A stretch of DNA of 64,000 nt from Candidatus Methanosuratincola verstraetei (GTDB taxonomy: Archaea > Thermoproteota > Methanomethylicia > Methanomethylicales > Methanomethylicaceae): the NCBI GenBank assembly GCA_049570475.1, contig CP186953.1, positions 64,001-128,000 on the forward strand, written 5' to 3'. This document shows, one piece after another, positions 1 to 10,682 of the stretch (positions are counted from its first letter, which is position 1; each line of letters starts with the position of its first letter). Made by a program: the position numbers and the translations under genes. The notes under the pieces are model-generated. The model saw nothing but the letters and a program-made list of their open reading frames with translations. It was not told the origin of the DNA and made no database searches.

Positions 1-440
1 CTCAGCTGTATTATGAACTCGCCAAGGTCGGTCTCGTACACACTGTTTCCCCTCTCCTCGAGGGCCTCGTTTATACCGATCTCGTCCCCTGTCAGCGACT
101 TTGACTTGACGACTAGCTTCCCGTTTCCGGTAAGGTCCGAAACAATCTCCCTGGCCTCCTCGGCGTCCCTCGCGAGGTACGCCTCGCCCTTGACTTCCCT
201 CACGGAGTCCATTGTGATCTTCACGAGCTCGTCCATTTGTTGTATTGATCGTTCCTTGATCTTCCGGACTTCCCTGCGAATCTCCTCGAGCTCAGGCAGG
301 CGGGAGAGCGCTTTCGCCTTGGCGGACGTGTAAGCAGCGACCGCCCGGCTTAGCCCAGTCCTACGCCTCTCGTCCTCCATCCACCTCTTGAACTCTTCAC
401 GCTTGAAAGCCAGCCAGTCATCGCTCCCCATCCCAATCAT
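1..440 (-). CDS. LutB/YkgF-like lactate utilization Fe-S protein (LUD domain), N-terminal part; runs off the window
   Basis: Manual translation from ATG 440 (ATGA overlap with the upstream gene): MIGMGSDDW...VVKSKSLTGDEIGINEALEERGNSVYETDLGEFIIQL. KSKS..EI..N..LE..G..V.ETDLGE.IIQL is the LutB signature. Not in the ORF track because it is truncated. Confidence 0.8.
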   Translation of the reverse strand, partial: MIGMGSDDWLAFKREEFKRWMEDERRRTGLSRAVAAYTSAKAKALSRLPELEEIRREVRKIKERSIQQMDELVKITMDSVREVKGEAYLARDAEEAREIVSDLTGNGKLVVKSKSLTGDEIGINEALEERGNSVYETDLGEFIIQL

Positions 441-1156
441 CCCCTCCAAGCAGAAAGGAGCAGTTCAGGCAGGTCCACCACCCTGATCTGCTGCCCTGAA
501 CAGGCATCCTTGAAGTTGTAGTTGCAGAATGGGCACGCAGTTATCAATAGCTTGACGCCGTCAGGAACCTGACCGCCGGCTACGCTCCTGGCGACCTCCC
601 TCGAGAGCTCAGGGTATGCCGATCGGACGCCCCCGCCTGATCCGCAGCAGAGCGCCTTAGACCGGTTGTCCCTCATCTCGGCCAGTTCAACCCCGGGCAC
701 CATCCTGATGAGATCCCTGGGCTCCTCATACACGCCCATGTGCCTCCCTAGGTGGCACGGATCATGGTAGCAAGCCTTCACATCGGTTCTGCGGAACTTG
801 CCCTCGAGTGAAGATCTCCTCTCCATCAAAAACTGGGATATGTGGCGGACCCGGAATGGGACTTGGCCTGCAATGATCGGGTATTCCGAGGCCATGGTCC
901 TGAAGCAGCCCGGGCAAGCGGTAACAACCTCCTTGAAACCGGCTGAAGAGATCCGGTCTATGGTTGACTCGGCCACCTTCTTTGCAGCCTCGATCTGCCC
1001 AGTCCTGAGCAGCACAGAGCCGCAGCAACCTTCGCTTTCCCCGAGGGTCTTGAATTCGACTCCCATCCTTCGGAAAAGTTCCATAGTCGAATCAGAGATG
1101 CTCTTCGTCCTGAGGCGCGACATGCACCCCTTCCAGTAAAGTATGCTATCAGGCAT
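437..1156 (-). CDS. CCG-domain (Fe-S)-binding protein, LutA/GlpC/HdrB-like
   Basis: Two CCG motifs (EGCCGS, LCCGSGGG), ACPGC, YHDPCHLGR, ACPFC; translationally coupled to the lutB-like gene. Confidence 0.85.
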   Translation of the reverse strand: MPDSILYWKGCMSRLRTKSISDSTMELFRRMGVEFKTLGESEGCCGSVLLRTGQIEAAKKVAESTIDRISSAGFKEVVTACPGCFRTMASEYPIIAGQVPFRVRHISQFLMERRSSLEGKFRRTDVKACYHDPCHLGRHMGVYEEPRDLIRMVPGVELAEMRDNRSKALCCGSGGGVRSAYPELSREVARSVAGGQVPDGVKLLITACPFCNYNFKDACSGQQIRVVDLPELLLSAWRG

Positions 1157-1238
1157 GCTGATCAGACCCGATAAATTCCATCAAGGTGGTATTAAAGCAT
1201 TGCACCTTTTCGAATGGCACGGTTTGATCCAGGCGGTG

Positions 1239-2357
1239 CTAAAATCCGAACCTCCTCTTCTCCTTGAGGGGCTGTTCGAATTCCTTTGCCAGCTCCTTCA
1301 GGAGCTCCCTCTGCCTCGGCGTGAGCCTATCTGGGACTGTCACGTTTACAACGACGAACTGGTCGCCTCTCCCGAAGCCGTCGAGCTTGGGCAGACCCTT
1401 GCCTTTGAGGCGGAGGATTGTGCCAGGCTGAGTCCCCGGGTTGATGGCCATCTGCACAGGACCTTCAAGCGTCGGTACGGTCACCTCGGCCCCAAGCGCG
1501 GCCTGAGGGAAGCCTATCTTGAGGTCATAGTAGAGATCCGGGCCTTCCCTCCTGAAACGCGGATCCGGGATTACCGTAACATTGACGTAGAGGTCCCCGG
1601 GTGCGCCACCGTTAAGGGATGCATCTCCCTCGCCCCTCAGCCTCAGCTGCATCCCGTCCTCCGCCCCGGGCGGGATCCTGACCGTGATCCGCCTCTTGAC
1701 CTTGGCAACACCGGATCCCTTGCAGGCGCTGCATGGCTTTTCGATTATTGATCCAGATCCCTTGCACGTGGGGCAGGAGGTTATCTGGACAAACCTTGCA
1801 AAACCGCTCGAGTGGACGCGCTGGACCTGACCCGTCCCGCCGCAGCTTGCGCATGTCCTCGGCGAAGAGCCAGGGGCTGCCCCGGACCCTGAGCACTGCC
1901 TGCACGTCTCGCTCCGGGGTATTTCGATCTCCTTTTCAGTCCCCTTCAGGGCTTCTTCAAGGGTGATCCTGACCTCGGAGACAAGGTCGCTGCCCCTCAT
2001 CCTCCTGTTCCCGAAGCCGCCATACCCCCTGCCCCCGCCGAAGAACATCTCGAACAGGTCTCCGAAGCCAAAGTCCCTGAATATGGTCTCGAAATCGGCG
2101 CCCCTGAAGATGTCCTCCTGGGTGTACTGCTGGTTGAACCCGGCTCTGCCGAGCATGTCGTACTGGCTCCTCTTCTGAGGATCGGATAGGACGGCATAAG
2201 CCTCAGAGATCTCCTTGAACTTCTCCTCAGCGTCCGGGGACTTGTTCCTGTCCGGATGGTACTGGAGAGCCAGCTTCCGGTATGCGTCCTTTATCTGCTC
2301 AGGCGTCGCGTCCCTGGGGACGCCAAGAATCTCGTAATAATCCCTTTTTGTTGCCAT
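1239..2357 (-). CDS. dnaJ: Chaperone DnaJ
   Basis: J domain with HPD, G/F-rich region, four CxxCxGxG zinc-finger repeats. Confidence 0.97.
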   Translation of the reverse strand: MATKRDYYEILGVPRDATPEQIKDAYRKLALQYHPDRNKSPDAEEKFKEISEAYAVLSDPQKRSQYDMLGRAGFNQQYTQEDIFRGADFETIFRDFGFGDLFEMFFGGGRGYGGFGNRRMRGSDLVSEVRITLEEALKGTEKEIEIPRSETCRQCSGSGAAPGSSPRTCASCGGTGQVQRVHSSGFARFVQITSCPTCKGSGSIIEKPCSACKGSGVAKVKRRITVRIPPGAEDGMQLRLRGEGDASLNGGAPGDLYVNVTVIPDPRFRREGPDLYYDLKIGFPQAALGAEVTVPTLEGPVQMAINPGTQPGTILRLKGKGLPKLDGFGRGDQFVVVNVTVPDRLTPRQRELLKELAKEFEQPLKEKRRFGF

Positions 2358-2431
2358 CTCTACCGATCCTCAGCTTGCGGGGTTGGTATTTCAGCGTTTT
2401 GCCCAATTTCCCTAAAAATGATGGGGAAGGA

Positions 2432-4318
2432 TTAGCCGACCTTGAAGTCGGCATCGTAGACTTTCTTATCCTGCGCCTGCTGCCCTCCCTGTGGAGGCTG
2501 CTGCCCCTGCTGGGCCCCTGACTGCGCCTGCTGCCGCTGGTACTCGGCTGCAGCCTGCTGGTATATGGCGGTGCCAACATCCTGCAAGATCTTTGTCAGC
2601 TCTTCTGACTTCGCCTTTATCTTCTCTACATCAGTGCCTGCAAGCGCCTCCTTGAGGGCGGCCACAGCGGCGTCGATCTTGCTCACCTGTTCAGGCTTTA
2701 GCTTGTCAGCAAGGTCCTTCTTTGTCTTCTCCGCCGTGTAGAGCAGGCTGTCTGCGTTGTTCCTGAGCTCGGCCTCCTCCTTCTTCTTCCTGTCCAGCTC
2801 GGCGAACTGCTCCGCCTCCTTGATCATCCTTTCCTTCTCCTCCTTCGATAGCTTGGTCGAGGCGGTTATCCTGATCGAGGCAGCCTTGTTCGTCCCCAAG
2901 TCCTTTGCCGTGACATTGAGGATCCCGTTCGCGTCGATGTCGAATGTCACCTCGATCTGGGGGACGCCGCGCGGCGCCGGGGGTATGCCCTCGAGGTTGA
3001 ACATACCCAGCGAGACATTGTCTTTCGCCATCGCGCGCTCTCCCTGGAGGACGTGAATTGTGACTGCAGTCTGGAAGTCGGCAGCAGTTGTGAAGATCTG
3101 GCTGCGCCTCGTGGGGATGGTGGTGTTCCTCTCGATTATCTTGGTGAAGACGCCCCCTAGGGTCTCCACGCCGAGCGACAGCGGCGTGACGTCAAGGAGC
3201 AGGATGTCCTTCACCTCGCCAGAGAGCACAGCCCCCTGTATCGCCGCCCCGATCGCTACGCACTCCATCGGGTCCACGCCCCGCTCGGCAGGCTTACCCA
3301 GCATCTTCTCGACGAAGCGCTGGACTAGCGGCATCCTGGTCGTGCCCCCGATGAGGATGATCTTGTCGATCTGGGAAGGCGTCAGCTTCGCGTCTTCGAG
3401 CGCCCTCATGATCGTGCGCTCGGTCTTCTGCACAATAGGGGCTGCGAGCTCCTCGAGCTTTGCCCTTGTTATCGTCATGTGGAGGTTCTTCGGTCCAGAT
3501 GCGTCTGCATAGATGAACGGGAGATCGATGTCGGTTGTGAGGAGCGTCGAGAGCTCGATCTTTGCCCTCTCGGCAGCCTCCTTCAGCCTCGCCATTGCCA
3601 TCCGGTCACCCCTGAGATCGACACCGGTCTGCCTCCTGAACTCGTCAATGATGTAATCCATGAGGGCCTTGTCGATGTCGGCACCGCCAGTCTCTGTGTC
3701 GCCGCTCGTGGACAGCACCTGGAATACGCCCTTTCCGAAGTCCATTATCGTGACGTCGTGCGTGCCGCCGCCGAAGCTGAAGACAAGTATCTTGAGCTCC
3801 TTGTCAAGCTTGTCGACGCCGTAGGCCAAGCACGCAGCCGTGGGCTCGTTTATGATCCGGAGCACCTCGAAGCCTGCGATCTCGCCAGCGTCCTTAGTCG
3901 CTTGGCGCTGGTTGTCGTTGAAGTGCGCCGGCACTGTGATTACAGCCTTCTTGATCGTTGTCCCGAGATATGTCTCGGCATCCTTCTTTATCTTCTGCAG
4001 AATGAAGGCGGAGATCTGCTGCGGCGTGTATTCCTTCCCGTATATATTGACCTTGTAGTCGGTGCCCATCTTCCTCTTTATCTCGAATACAGTCCCCTCC
4101 GGGTTGGCTACCGCCTGCCTCTTTGCAGGCTCTCCGACGAGCAGCTGCCCGTCCTTGGTGAATGCAACCACTGAAGGGAACATCTTCCCTGCAGCAGTCG
4201 GACCTTCAGCGCTCGGTATTACAATCGCCTTGCCGCCCTCGAAGACGGCTGCCGCAGAGTTGGTTGTTCCTAGGTCTATTCCTATAATTTTCTCTCCTGG
4301 CTGTATGTTAGATGCCAT
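2432..4318 (-). CDS. dnaK: Chaperone DnaK (Hsp70)
   Basis: [50 protein letters not shown]; short N-terminal form typical of archaea and Gram-positives. Confidence 0.97.
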   Translation of the reverse strand: MASNIQPGEKIIGIDLGTTNSAAAVFEGGKAIVIPSAEGPTAAGKMFPSVVAFTKDGQLLVGEPAKRQAVANPEGTVFEIKRKMGTDYKVNIYGKEYTPQQISAFILQKIKKDAETYLGTTIKKAVITVPAHFNDNQRQATKDAGEIAGFEVLRIINEPTAACLAYGVDKLDKELKILVFSFGGGTHDVTIMDFGKGVFQVLSTSGDTETGGADIDKALMDYIIDEFRRQTGVDLRGDRMAMARLKEAAERAKIELSTLLTTDIDLPFIYADASGPKNLHMTITRAKLEELAAPIVQKTERTIMRALEDAKLTPSQIDKIILIGGTTRMPLVQRFVEKMLGKPAERGVDPMECVAIGAAIQGAVLSGEVKDILLLDVTPLSLGVETLGGVFTKIIERNTTIPTRRSQIFTTAADFQTAVTIHVLQGERAMAKDNVSLGMFNLEGIPPAPRGVPQIEVTFDIDANGILNVTAKDLGTNKAASIRITASTKLSKEEKERMIKEAEQFAELDRKKKEEAELRNNADSLLYTAEKTKKDLADKLKPEQVSKIDAAVAALKEALAGTDVEKIKAKSEELTKILQDVGTAIYQQAAAEYQRQQAQSGAQQGQQPPQGGQQAQDKKVYDADFKVG

Positions 4319-4319
4319 A

Positions 4320-4898
4320 TCAATTCTCCTCCTTTGGTTTTGTTGACCTTGAAGGCTTCACCGAGACCTTCACTACGCTCGGCCTGATTACCCGATCCCT
4401 TAGGAGATAGCCCTTCCTTATCTCCTCTATAACCGTGTGCTCCTCCAGGTCATCCCTTTCCTCCTTGGAGACGACCATGTGCCTCTCTGGATCCAGCGGC
4501 TTCATGAGGCATTCGATCGGGGAGACACCGTGCTTCTCCAGGATCTTCTTCATTTTCTTGAGGGTCATCTCAACCCCCTGCAGGACTGCTCCATTCTGGT
4601 CTGATCCGGAGGCGCTCCTCAGCGCGAGCTCGAGCTCGTCTATAACCTCGAGCAGGTCGCACAACAGCGGCATAGTGGCGAAGAGCCTTGCTTCCTCCAT
4701 CTGCCTCTCTGATCGCTTCCTTATGTTCTCGCAATCCGCCTGCATGTACTTGAGCCTGTTCTTGGACTCATCCAGCTCCCGCTGGAGGGCGCCCAGCTGC
4801 TGCTTGTACATGCATAGCTCTTCCTGAAGCCGCTCCAGTTCCTTGCCCTTTTGATCTTCCAAGGGCTCCTGAGCCTTGGCCTTGCCCTCTGCCTGCAT
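4320..4898 (-). CDS. grpE: Nucleotide exchange factor GrpE
   Basis: Coiled coil, [26 protein letters not shown]; first gene of grpE-dnaK-dnaJ. Start ATG 4898 chosen for the upstream AGGGG. Confidence 0.92.
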   Translation of the reverse strand: MQAEGKAKAQEPLEDQKGKELERLQEELCMYKQQLGALQRELDESKNRLKYMQADCENIRKRSERQMEEARLFATMPLLCDLLEVIDELELALRSASGSDQNGAVLQGVEMTLKKMKKILEKHGVSPIECLMKPLDPERHMVVSKEERDDLEEHTVIEEIRKGYLLRDRVIRPSVVKVSVKPSRSTKPKEEN

Positions 4899-5030
4899 AT
4901 CGCCCCTAGACTCTTCGGTTCGCAATGTGTGCCCCCCGCAAAAAGCAGTCAATTATATCGCAGTCAAATATATATATCTCACGCATGTCCGGCAGGATGA
5001 TGCGCTCACAGCCAAAGGATAAGAGTTTGT

Positions 5031-6167
5031 ATGAGGAATGAATCACAGGTGTATATGATGTCAAAGAATATCGCAGAAATTGCTTCGACATGCACCCTTT
5101 GCGGAGCCTGCGTCGAGGTGTGCCCCTTCTTCAAGGCGACGAACAACCCCAAGTACGGGGCCATGGCCAAGGTCGAGGCGGCAATCTCGCTCTTCGAGGG
5201 CAAGGATCTCAATGAGGAGGATTTGAAGACCCTGTTCCTGTGCACCAGGTGCGACGGGTGCCACAGCTCCTGCCCGATGGACATACCAATCTCCGTCGTA
5301 GTCCAGGCTGCGAGGGCAGAGCTGCGGAAAAGGAACATGGTGCCTGAGAAGTACAAGACGATAGCAGACGCCATAATAAAGATGGGATCGCCGATGGCGG
5401 CGCCTCCCGAGAAGCGCACCGCATGCCTGCCGGAAGGGTTCAAGCCCCCTGAGAAGGCAAAGTACCTCTATGTGCCTGGGTGCTGGTCAGGGATCAAGCT
5501 TCCCGAGACTGCGAAGGCGACTATTGAGCTTCTGATCAAGTCCGGCTTAGATTTCACAACCCTCGGGGAGAAAGAGTGGTGCTGCGGGCTCTTTCTCATA
5601 GATACCGGAATGCTAGAGGAGGCCAAGAAGCTTGCAGAGAAGAACACGGTGCTCTTCGAGTCCACAGGCGCCAGGACTGTCGTCACCGAGTGCCCCTCAT
5701 GCTACGATGTCTTCAAGAACGTGTACCCTGCGCTGTTCAGGAAGCCGGAGTACGAGGTCGTGCACATCTCTGAGCTGCTGGATCAGCTTGTCAAGGAAGG
5801 GAGGATCAGCCCCAGCGCAGCACAAGGCAAAAGGATAATCTACAAGGATCCCTGCCCCCTGGTCAGGAGGACCGGGACGATCCAGCCCCCGAGGGAGGTC
5901 TTGCGAAGGATCGGCGATCTGGTCGAATACAAAGAGAGCGGGAAGGAGGCAGTCTGCTGCGGCGCTCCCGCGGGCGTGAAGCCGCTTTACCCTGATATCG
6001 CGAACAAGCTGGCGGAGATGCTGATGTCCGAAGCGAAGGAGAAGGGCGCAGAGGTCGGCGTAGGGTGCGCATTCTGCATGTACCACATGGGCGGCCTGCC
6101 CAAGGAGGCGGGTTACCCGCCAATAAAGACGCTCTCGCAGCTTGTGCTCGAGAGCCTCAAAAAATAG
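5031..6167 (+). CDS. HdrD/GlcF-like Fe-S oxidoreductase (4Fe-4S dicluster plus two CCG domains)
   Basis: CTLCGACVEVCP, CTRCDGCHSSCP, WCCG, ECPSC, KDPC, CCGAPAG, CAFC. Confidence 0.85.
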   Translation: MRNESQVYMMSKNIAEIASTCTLCGACVEVCPFFKATNNPKYGAMAKVEAAISLFEGKDLNEEDLKTLFLCTRCDGCHSSCPMDIPISVVVQAARAELRKRNMVPEKYKTIADAIIKMGSPMAAPPEKRTACLPEGFKPPEKAKYLYVPGCWSGIKLPETAKATIELLIKSGLDFTTLGEKEWCCGLFLIDTGMLEEAKKLAEKNTVLFESTGARTVVTECPSCYDVFKNVYPALFRKPEYEVVHISELLDQLVKEGRISPSAAQGKRIIYKDPCPLVRRTGTIQPPREVLRRIGDLVEYKESGKEAVCCGAPAGVKPLYPDIANKLAEMLMSEAKEKGAEVGVGCAFCMYHMGGLPKEAGYPPIKTLSQLVLESLKK

Positions 6168-6208
6168 GCTTTCATTCTTCCCTATTTTTCTTTTTGCTGC
6201 GAACTGGG

Positions 6209-6604
6209 TCAATCATCCTTGGCCTTGAACTTCTGGCTGAGGGGGACGCGCTTCCCGTCCTTTATGTATGTTATCGAGGTCTCGAGCCTCACGGGCATCC
6301 CCAAGTTGCAGAAGAGCTCGTAAAGGTCCTCCCCGGGTATGTCTTCGTTGAGCTTGCCCGTCCTGTACAGGTTGGCGATGTACTTCACGACCTCCATTGC
6401 TGCCTGGGGGTATTGGGAGAGGGCTGCTTCCAAGACCTCTGGTCCCCTCCCGATCAGGCGCTTTTTCACGATTGAGAGCGGATCTTCCTCGACCTTCCTT
6501 GGCGCCTCAGTCTGCGTCTTTTTCATTGCTGCGAGCCTGCGCTCCATCTCGAGGAGCTTGCGCTTTTTTATAATCTCGATCTCGTCGTCCGAGTCAGAGG
6601 CCAT
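6209..6604 (-). CDS. PDCD5/TFAR19-like double-stranded DNA-binding protein
   Basis: N-terminal DDEIEIIKKRKLLEM helix and YPQAAMEVVKYIANLYRTGKL pattern resemble archaeal PDCD5 homologues. Confidence 0.65.
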   Translation of the reverse strand: MASDSDDEIEIIKKRKLLEMERRLAAMKKTQTEAPRKVEEDPLSIVKKRLIGRGPEVLEAALSQYPQAAMEVVKYIANLYRTGKLNEDIPGEDLYELFCNLGMPVRLETSITYIKDGKRVPLSQKFKAKDD

Positions 6605-6759
6605 TTCGCATACCCTCCGAGATAATTATAGCGGGTCAGAAATAAGCTTTTAATACTGATATCCATCAACCCACGCCTTTTTGGGCACAAGGGCGACGAT
6701 TTGAGGTGAATGGCGCATCGAATATCCGATCGGTCGGATCAAGAAAAGGCGCTGGTGCA

Positions 6760-7302
6760 CTACTCTTCGCCGATCTCATCGCCTTCTTCGCTACCCTCTT
6801 GGACTGCACCCTTCCCCTTCTTACCTTTGATCTTGAACGGCGGCGAGTAGTCGGGCAGGTCGTTTCCCCTCTCATAGTGGCAGCATATCGTCTGCCCCCT
6901 GAGAGAGTCCCACAACTCCTCTGGCACAAGCTTGTAAAACTCCCTGAGCTCCCTCCTGAGGTATCCATCCCCCTTACGCTTCTTTGAGAGGAATTTGAAG
7001 GCAAGCACTATCCTGCGCTTCGGGTAGAGCTTGAACCCATTTATGAGGAAGATGTCCCTTTCGATCTGGTCCCATTCAACATAAAGGTGATCCTTTGCGC
7101 CTGCTTTAGCCTCAACCACATCGAGCTCGCCGGTGCTGTCGTTTGTGGCCATCACGTCCGGGAGGTATGCGCTGTTCCCCCCAGTCCTGTACGACCACCA
7201 CCCAGCCGCGCGGTACCTCTTCACAAGATCGCGCTCGAATCCCTGTCCCCTGCTCTTCCTGATCCGGGAGATGTGAACGCTGTCGTCTCCCAAACCCATC
7301 AC
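6760..7302 (-). CDS. hjc: Archaeal Holliday junction resolvase-like PD-(D/E)xK nuclease
   Basis: RGQGFERDLV...LPDVMA...VVEAK motif order of Hjc. Confidence 0.75.
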   Translation of the reverse strand: MMGLGDDSVHISRIRKSRGQGFERDLVKRYRAAGWWSYRTGGNSAYLPDVMATNDSTGELDVVEAKAGAKDHLYVEWDQIERDIFLINGFKLYPKRRIVLAFKFLSKKRKGDGYLRRELREFYKLVPEELWDSLRGQTICCHYERGNDLPDYSPPFKIKGKKGKGAVQEGSEEGDEIGEE

Positions 7303-7847
7303 CCCCTGGCATTCGCCAAGAACCTCTCGAAGAAGAGTATCCCTATCGCAGTCTTTGCGTCCTCTATCTCGTTGTCTCTGACCATCTCAAGGGCCTTCGA
7401 GATCGGGACGAATACCGCATCTATCTCCTCGTCATAATCAAGCCTCTTCGATGACCTCTTCAGCCCCTTGGCTAGGAAGAGGTGTATGACCTCTGTGCTG
7501 TATCCGGGCGCAACGTAGAAGCTGAATACCCGATCCATCTTGTCCGCCGTGTATCCCGTCTCCTCAGCCAGCTCCCTCCTGGCGCATTCCTCTGGATCCT
7601 CGCCTTTTTCGATCGTCCCAGCCGGGATCTCCCAGATCACTCTCTTCGCCGTATGACGGTACTGCCGCTCAAGGAGGATATCTCCGCCTTCCAAGGCCAC
7701 GACGGCCACGGCCCCCGGGTGGACAACAGTTTCCCTGCGGGCGAGCTTTCCGCTTGGCAAGCGTACATCCTCGACTTTGAGGCTTATTGCCCTGCCGGAA
7801 AAAATATGGGAGGATGAGACGGCCTCTTCCAATGAGGGCACCCTCAT
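7299..7847 (-). CDS. NUDIX hydrolase (ADP-ribose pyrophosphatase-like)
   Basis: Nudix box GTIEKGEDPEECARRELAEETG; ATG 7847 overlaps the upstream stop. Confidence 0.9.
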   Translation of the reverse strand: MRVPSLEEAVSSSHIFSGRAISLKVEDVRLPSGKLARRETVVHPGAVAVVALEGGDILLERQYRHTAKRVIWEIPAGTIEKGEDPEECARRELAEETGYTADKMDRVFSFYVAPGYSTEVIHLFLAKGLKRSSKRLDYDEEIDAVFVPISKALEMVRDNEIEDAKTAIGILFFERFLANARG

Positions 7848-8536
7848 CTCGCTCTGGACTGCACGCGCGGCTCGATCAGGGTCCATATCCAGTCTGCAAA
7901 TTCCCTCGGGTTCTTTGTCTGGAGGAGGATTTCCCCAGGCCCTGTAATGCGGGTGACCAGGCCCTCGCCGCTGAGCAGCGTCTCCTTCATGCCCCCGAAG
8001 CGTTCGACCCTGTATGTGCAGGTGTTGTTGAATGCGACAAGGTGGAAGTTGTCGACTATGAGCTGCTCGCCGGGGCCCAAGGCATGCCGATCAATTGCAC
8101 CGAATGTGTTGATGAATAGATCGCCTGTGCCTGAGGCTTTTATCATGAATAGCCCTTGACCAAACAGCCCCCTCGAGAAGCCCTCCCATTTTATGTCTAA
8201 ATCGACGGTAGGCGAAGATGCGACGTAGGACTCCTTCCGTATGATCCAGCCGTTCTTCCCGTCGAGCGCGAGGTGCTCGATGTCCCCAAGCGGGGCGGAA
8301 ACGAATGCGACCTCGCCCGGGCCGCCCTTCGCGGAGTAGTCGGTTACCCAGAATGATTGCCCGCCGAGCAGCTTCAGCCCAAGAGAGCCAAGTATCCCTG
8401 ACCTGGTCCGTGTGCGGGCTTCGATGTTCGGGGTCATGTACGTCATTGCGCCAGACTCCCCGACAACGGACTCTCCATCCTTCAGCTTCAGCACGGCCAT
8501 CGCATAGGAAGGTTTGTACTTTATCTCATACTCCAT
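7844..8536 (-). CDS. AIM24/TIGR00266 family protein
   Basis: ESGAMTYM, GQGLFMIKASGTG, VDNFHLVAF, SGEGLVTRITGPG. Confidence 0.85.
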   Translation of the reverse strand: MEYEIKYKPSYAMAVLKLKDGESVVGESGAMTYMTPNIEARTRTRSGILGSLGLKLLGGQSFWVTDYSAKGGPGEVAFVSAPLGDIEHLALDGKNGWIIRKESYVASSPTVDLDIKWEGFSRGLFGQGLFMIKASGTGDLFINTFGAIDRHALGPGEQLIVDNFHLVAFNNTCTYRVERFGGMKETLLSGEGLVTRITGPGEILLQTKNPREFADWIWTLIEPRVQSRAR

Positions 8537-8586
8537 AATCCATCCCTTTTGAGAATAATGGGTCAAGGATTAATAAAAATTGGTTT

Positions 8587-9804
8587 TCAGGTTTTCCTCT
8601 TCCGGGTTGTGACTATCGTGATGACGTCACGGTCACGCAACTCGTAGTTGTTGGGTAGGCGGATTCCGCTAACAGAGTCGATTGCATACAGGAAGTTGTC
8701 GTAGAGCTCGGAGTGGATCTGCCTTGCGAGGTCCTTTGGCGTGGATCCCTGAGGCATCAGGTATGCGTCAGGAAGCACGTTCCCCTTCCTGTCTGAGTAC
8801 TTCTTCGCATCCTCTACGGGGTACACGACATTGACCCTGAGCAACTTGAGCACTGCTGTCGTCACCGCAAGGTCTACCCCGGTGCGTAGCCATTTGTCGA
8901 AGATCCTTGACTGGACATACTCGAGTGCCCACTTCTGCTTGGGCGTAAGCTTGCTGGCGTCCTTCACGACGAATTTCTCGTCCCCTGGCGTGTAAGATAT
9001 TGCCCCCGCTTTCTCAGCGCGCCTCAGTAGGAGCTCGACCTCTGCGGAGACAGGGATCACAAAGCTCCTGCCGAAGGTCTCAACCAGCCCAGCCAGGTTC
9101 TTTTCTGCCACAGGCATGTCCATCTTGTTCGCGACTATGAGCGTTGGCTTCGAGAGGTACCTTATCTCGGTCGCGAATGCCCTGAACTCCTCCTCTTCCC
9201 AGTCCTCGAACGGCACGCCCTCGAGCCTGGTCTTGGAAAGGGCCTCCTTGATCTGCGGGTAGGTGACCTTTATCCCGGAGAGTATGTCATATAGCGCCGC
9301 TGCCAGCGTTACGGCCTTGTTCTGTATGGCCCTCCTCACCTTGTCGGCGTTCTCCAGGAGGTTCTTGGTGTACCACTTCACCAGCTCCTCCTCTATGTCG
9401 TAGTAGTCAGCCAAGGGCGACCCCAACCCCGGCTCGCAGATCTCCCCATTCGCATTTATGCTCCCCGAGGCGTCAACGACATGCAGGATCACGTCTGCCT
9501 GGGCTGCGACCGAAAGGAAGCGGGTGCCGAGCCCGAGGCCTTCCGATGCCCCTTTAATAAGCCCTGGCAGATCCACCACCTCAATGGGTATGAAACGCCA
9601 GCCATCGATGCAGACAGAGTTCTGCGGATTGTCCTTCACCCCGAGCTCCTTGCATACGCATGCAGTCTTGACGTACCCGATGCCTACGTTCGGCTCCTTC
9701 GTGGTGAAGGGATAGTTCGAGACCTCTGCGTTCATCATTGTGATCGCATTGAAGAGGGTCGTCTTGCCGGCGTTGGTCTTCCCTATGATGCCGATCCTTA
9801 CCAT
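8587..9804 (-). CDS. ychF: YchF/Obg-family translation-associated NTPase with TGS domain
   Basis: GKTNAGKTT, YPFTTKEPN, DLPGLI..ASEGLGLG, NKMD, C-terminal TGS. Confidence 0.85.
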   Translation of the reverse strand: MVRIGIIGKTNAGKTTLFNAITMMNAEVSNYPFTTKEPNVGIGYVKTACVCKELGVKDNPQNSVCIDGWRFIPIEVVDLPGLIKGASEGLGLGTRFLSVAAQADVILHVVDASGSINANGEICEPGLGSPLADYYDIEEELVKWYTKNLLENADKVRRAIQNKAVTLAAALYDILSGIKVTYPQIKEALSKTRLEGVPFEDWEEEEFRAFATEIRYLSKPTLIVANKMDMPVAEKNLAGLVETFGRSFVIPVSAEVELLLRRAEKAGAISYTPGDEKFVVKDASKLTPKQKWALEYVQSRIFDKWLRTGVDLAVTTAVLKLLRVNVVYPVEDAKKYSDRKGNVLPDAYLMPQGSTPKDLARQIHSELYDNFLYAIDSVSGIRLPNNYELRDRDVITIVTTRKRKT

Positions 9805-9925
9805 AAGCAGTCCTCAATTAATAACCGGCGTCGACCGATATATTACCTTGCGTGCCAAAATTTGGGCCTGAACGGTGCCTTTTTTATACGCCTGCCTGCA
9901 GAGCTATGTCAGAGGGTGCCCCGTG

Positions 9926-10636
9926 ATGATCCTTAAGGACATGAATGGGTTTGACTTTGAAAAAGTGGACAAATCTGTAGCGATACTCCCTGTCGGGAGC
10001 ATTGAGAGGCATGGCGATCACCTGCCCCTGGGCACAGACAGCGAGCTCCCCGAGCACATCGCTCGCAGGGCTGCAGATCTGACCGGCGCCATAGTGATGC
10101 CGACAATATTCTACGGGTCCTGCCATGCGATGCGCGGATTCCCCGGGACCTTCGACATAGACTCGGAGGTCCTCTTCAAATACATCGAATGCATCCTCGA
10201 GGAGGCGTGGCGCAACGGCATCAAGCTTGTCGTTGTCCTGAATGGCCATGGAGGCAACGCAACCCCTATTCAGATGGCAGCCAGGCAGGCAGCCAGCAGG
10301 ACAGGGCTCTCAGTGGTGGTGCTCGATTGGTGGAAGGACCTCGGGAATAGTAAAAAGAGCCTCTTCTCTTCCCCCGGCCACGCAGGGGAGGATGAGACGA
10401 GCGCAATGCTGGCTGTGGACGAGGGCAAGGTCAACATATACCTCGCGGGAAGGCATGAGGTGACTTACCCTGAGGTTAAGATATACTCGAAGAAGATAGA
10501 CGAGAGGCTCTACGAGATCGCCCTCACCGGGGACGCCAAGAAAGCGACCAAGGAGAAGGGCGAAGAGCTGATGTCTGCCGTGGTGGAAGACCTTGCCAAG
10601 GTCATTGAGGACTTGCGCAAGGCACTCGAGATCTGA
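9926..10636 (+). CDS. Creatininase family protein
   Basis: PVGSIERHGDHLPLGTD, NGHGGN, GHAGEDETS. Confidence 0.9.
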   Translation: MILKDMNGFDFEKVDKSVAILPVGSIERHGDHLPLGTDSELPEHIARRAADLTGAIVMPTIFYGSCHAMRGFPGTFDIDSEVLFKYIECILEEAWRNGIKLVVVLNGHGGNATPIQMAARQAASRTGLSVVVLDWWKDLGNSKKSLFSSPGHAGEDETSAMLAVDEGKVNIYLAGRHEVTYPEVKIYSKKIDERLYEIALTGDAKKATKEKGEELMSAVVEDLAKVIEDLRKALEI

Positions 10637-10682
10637 TGGTGGATCCTCAACTTTTTACGTCACCTTCCCCTAATTATTCCTG

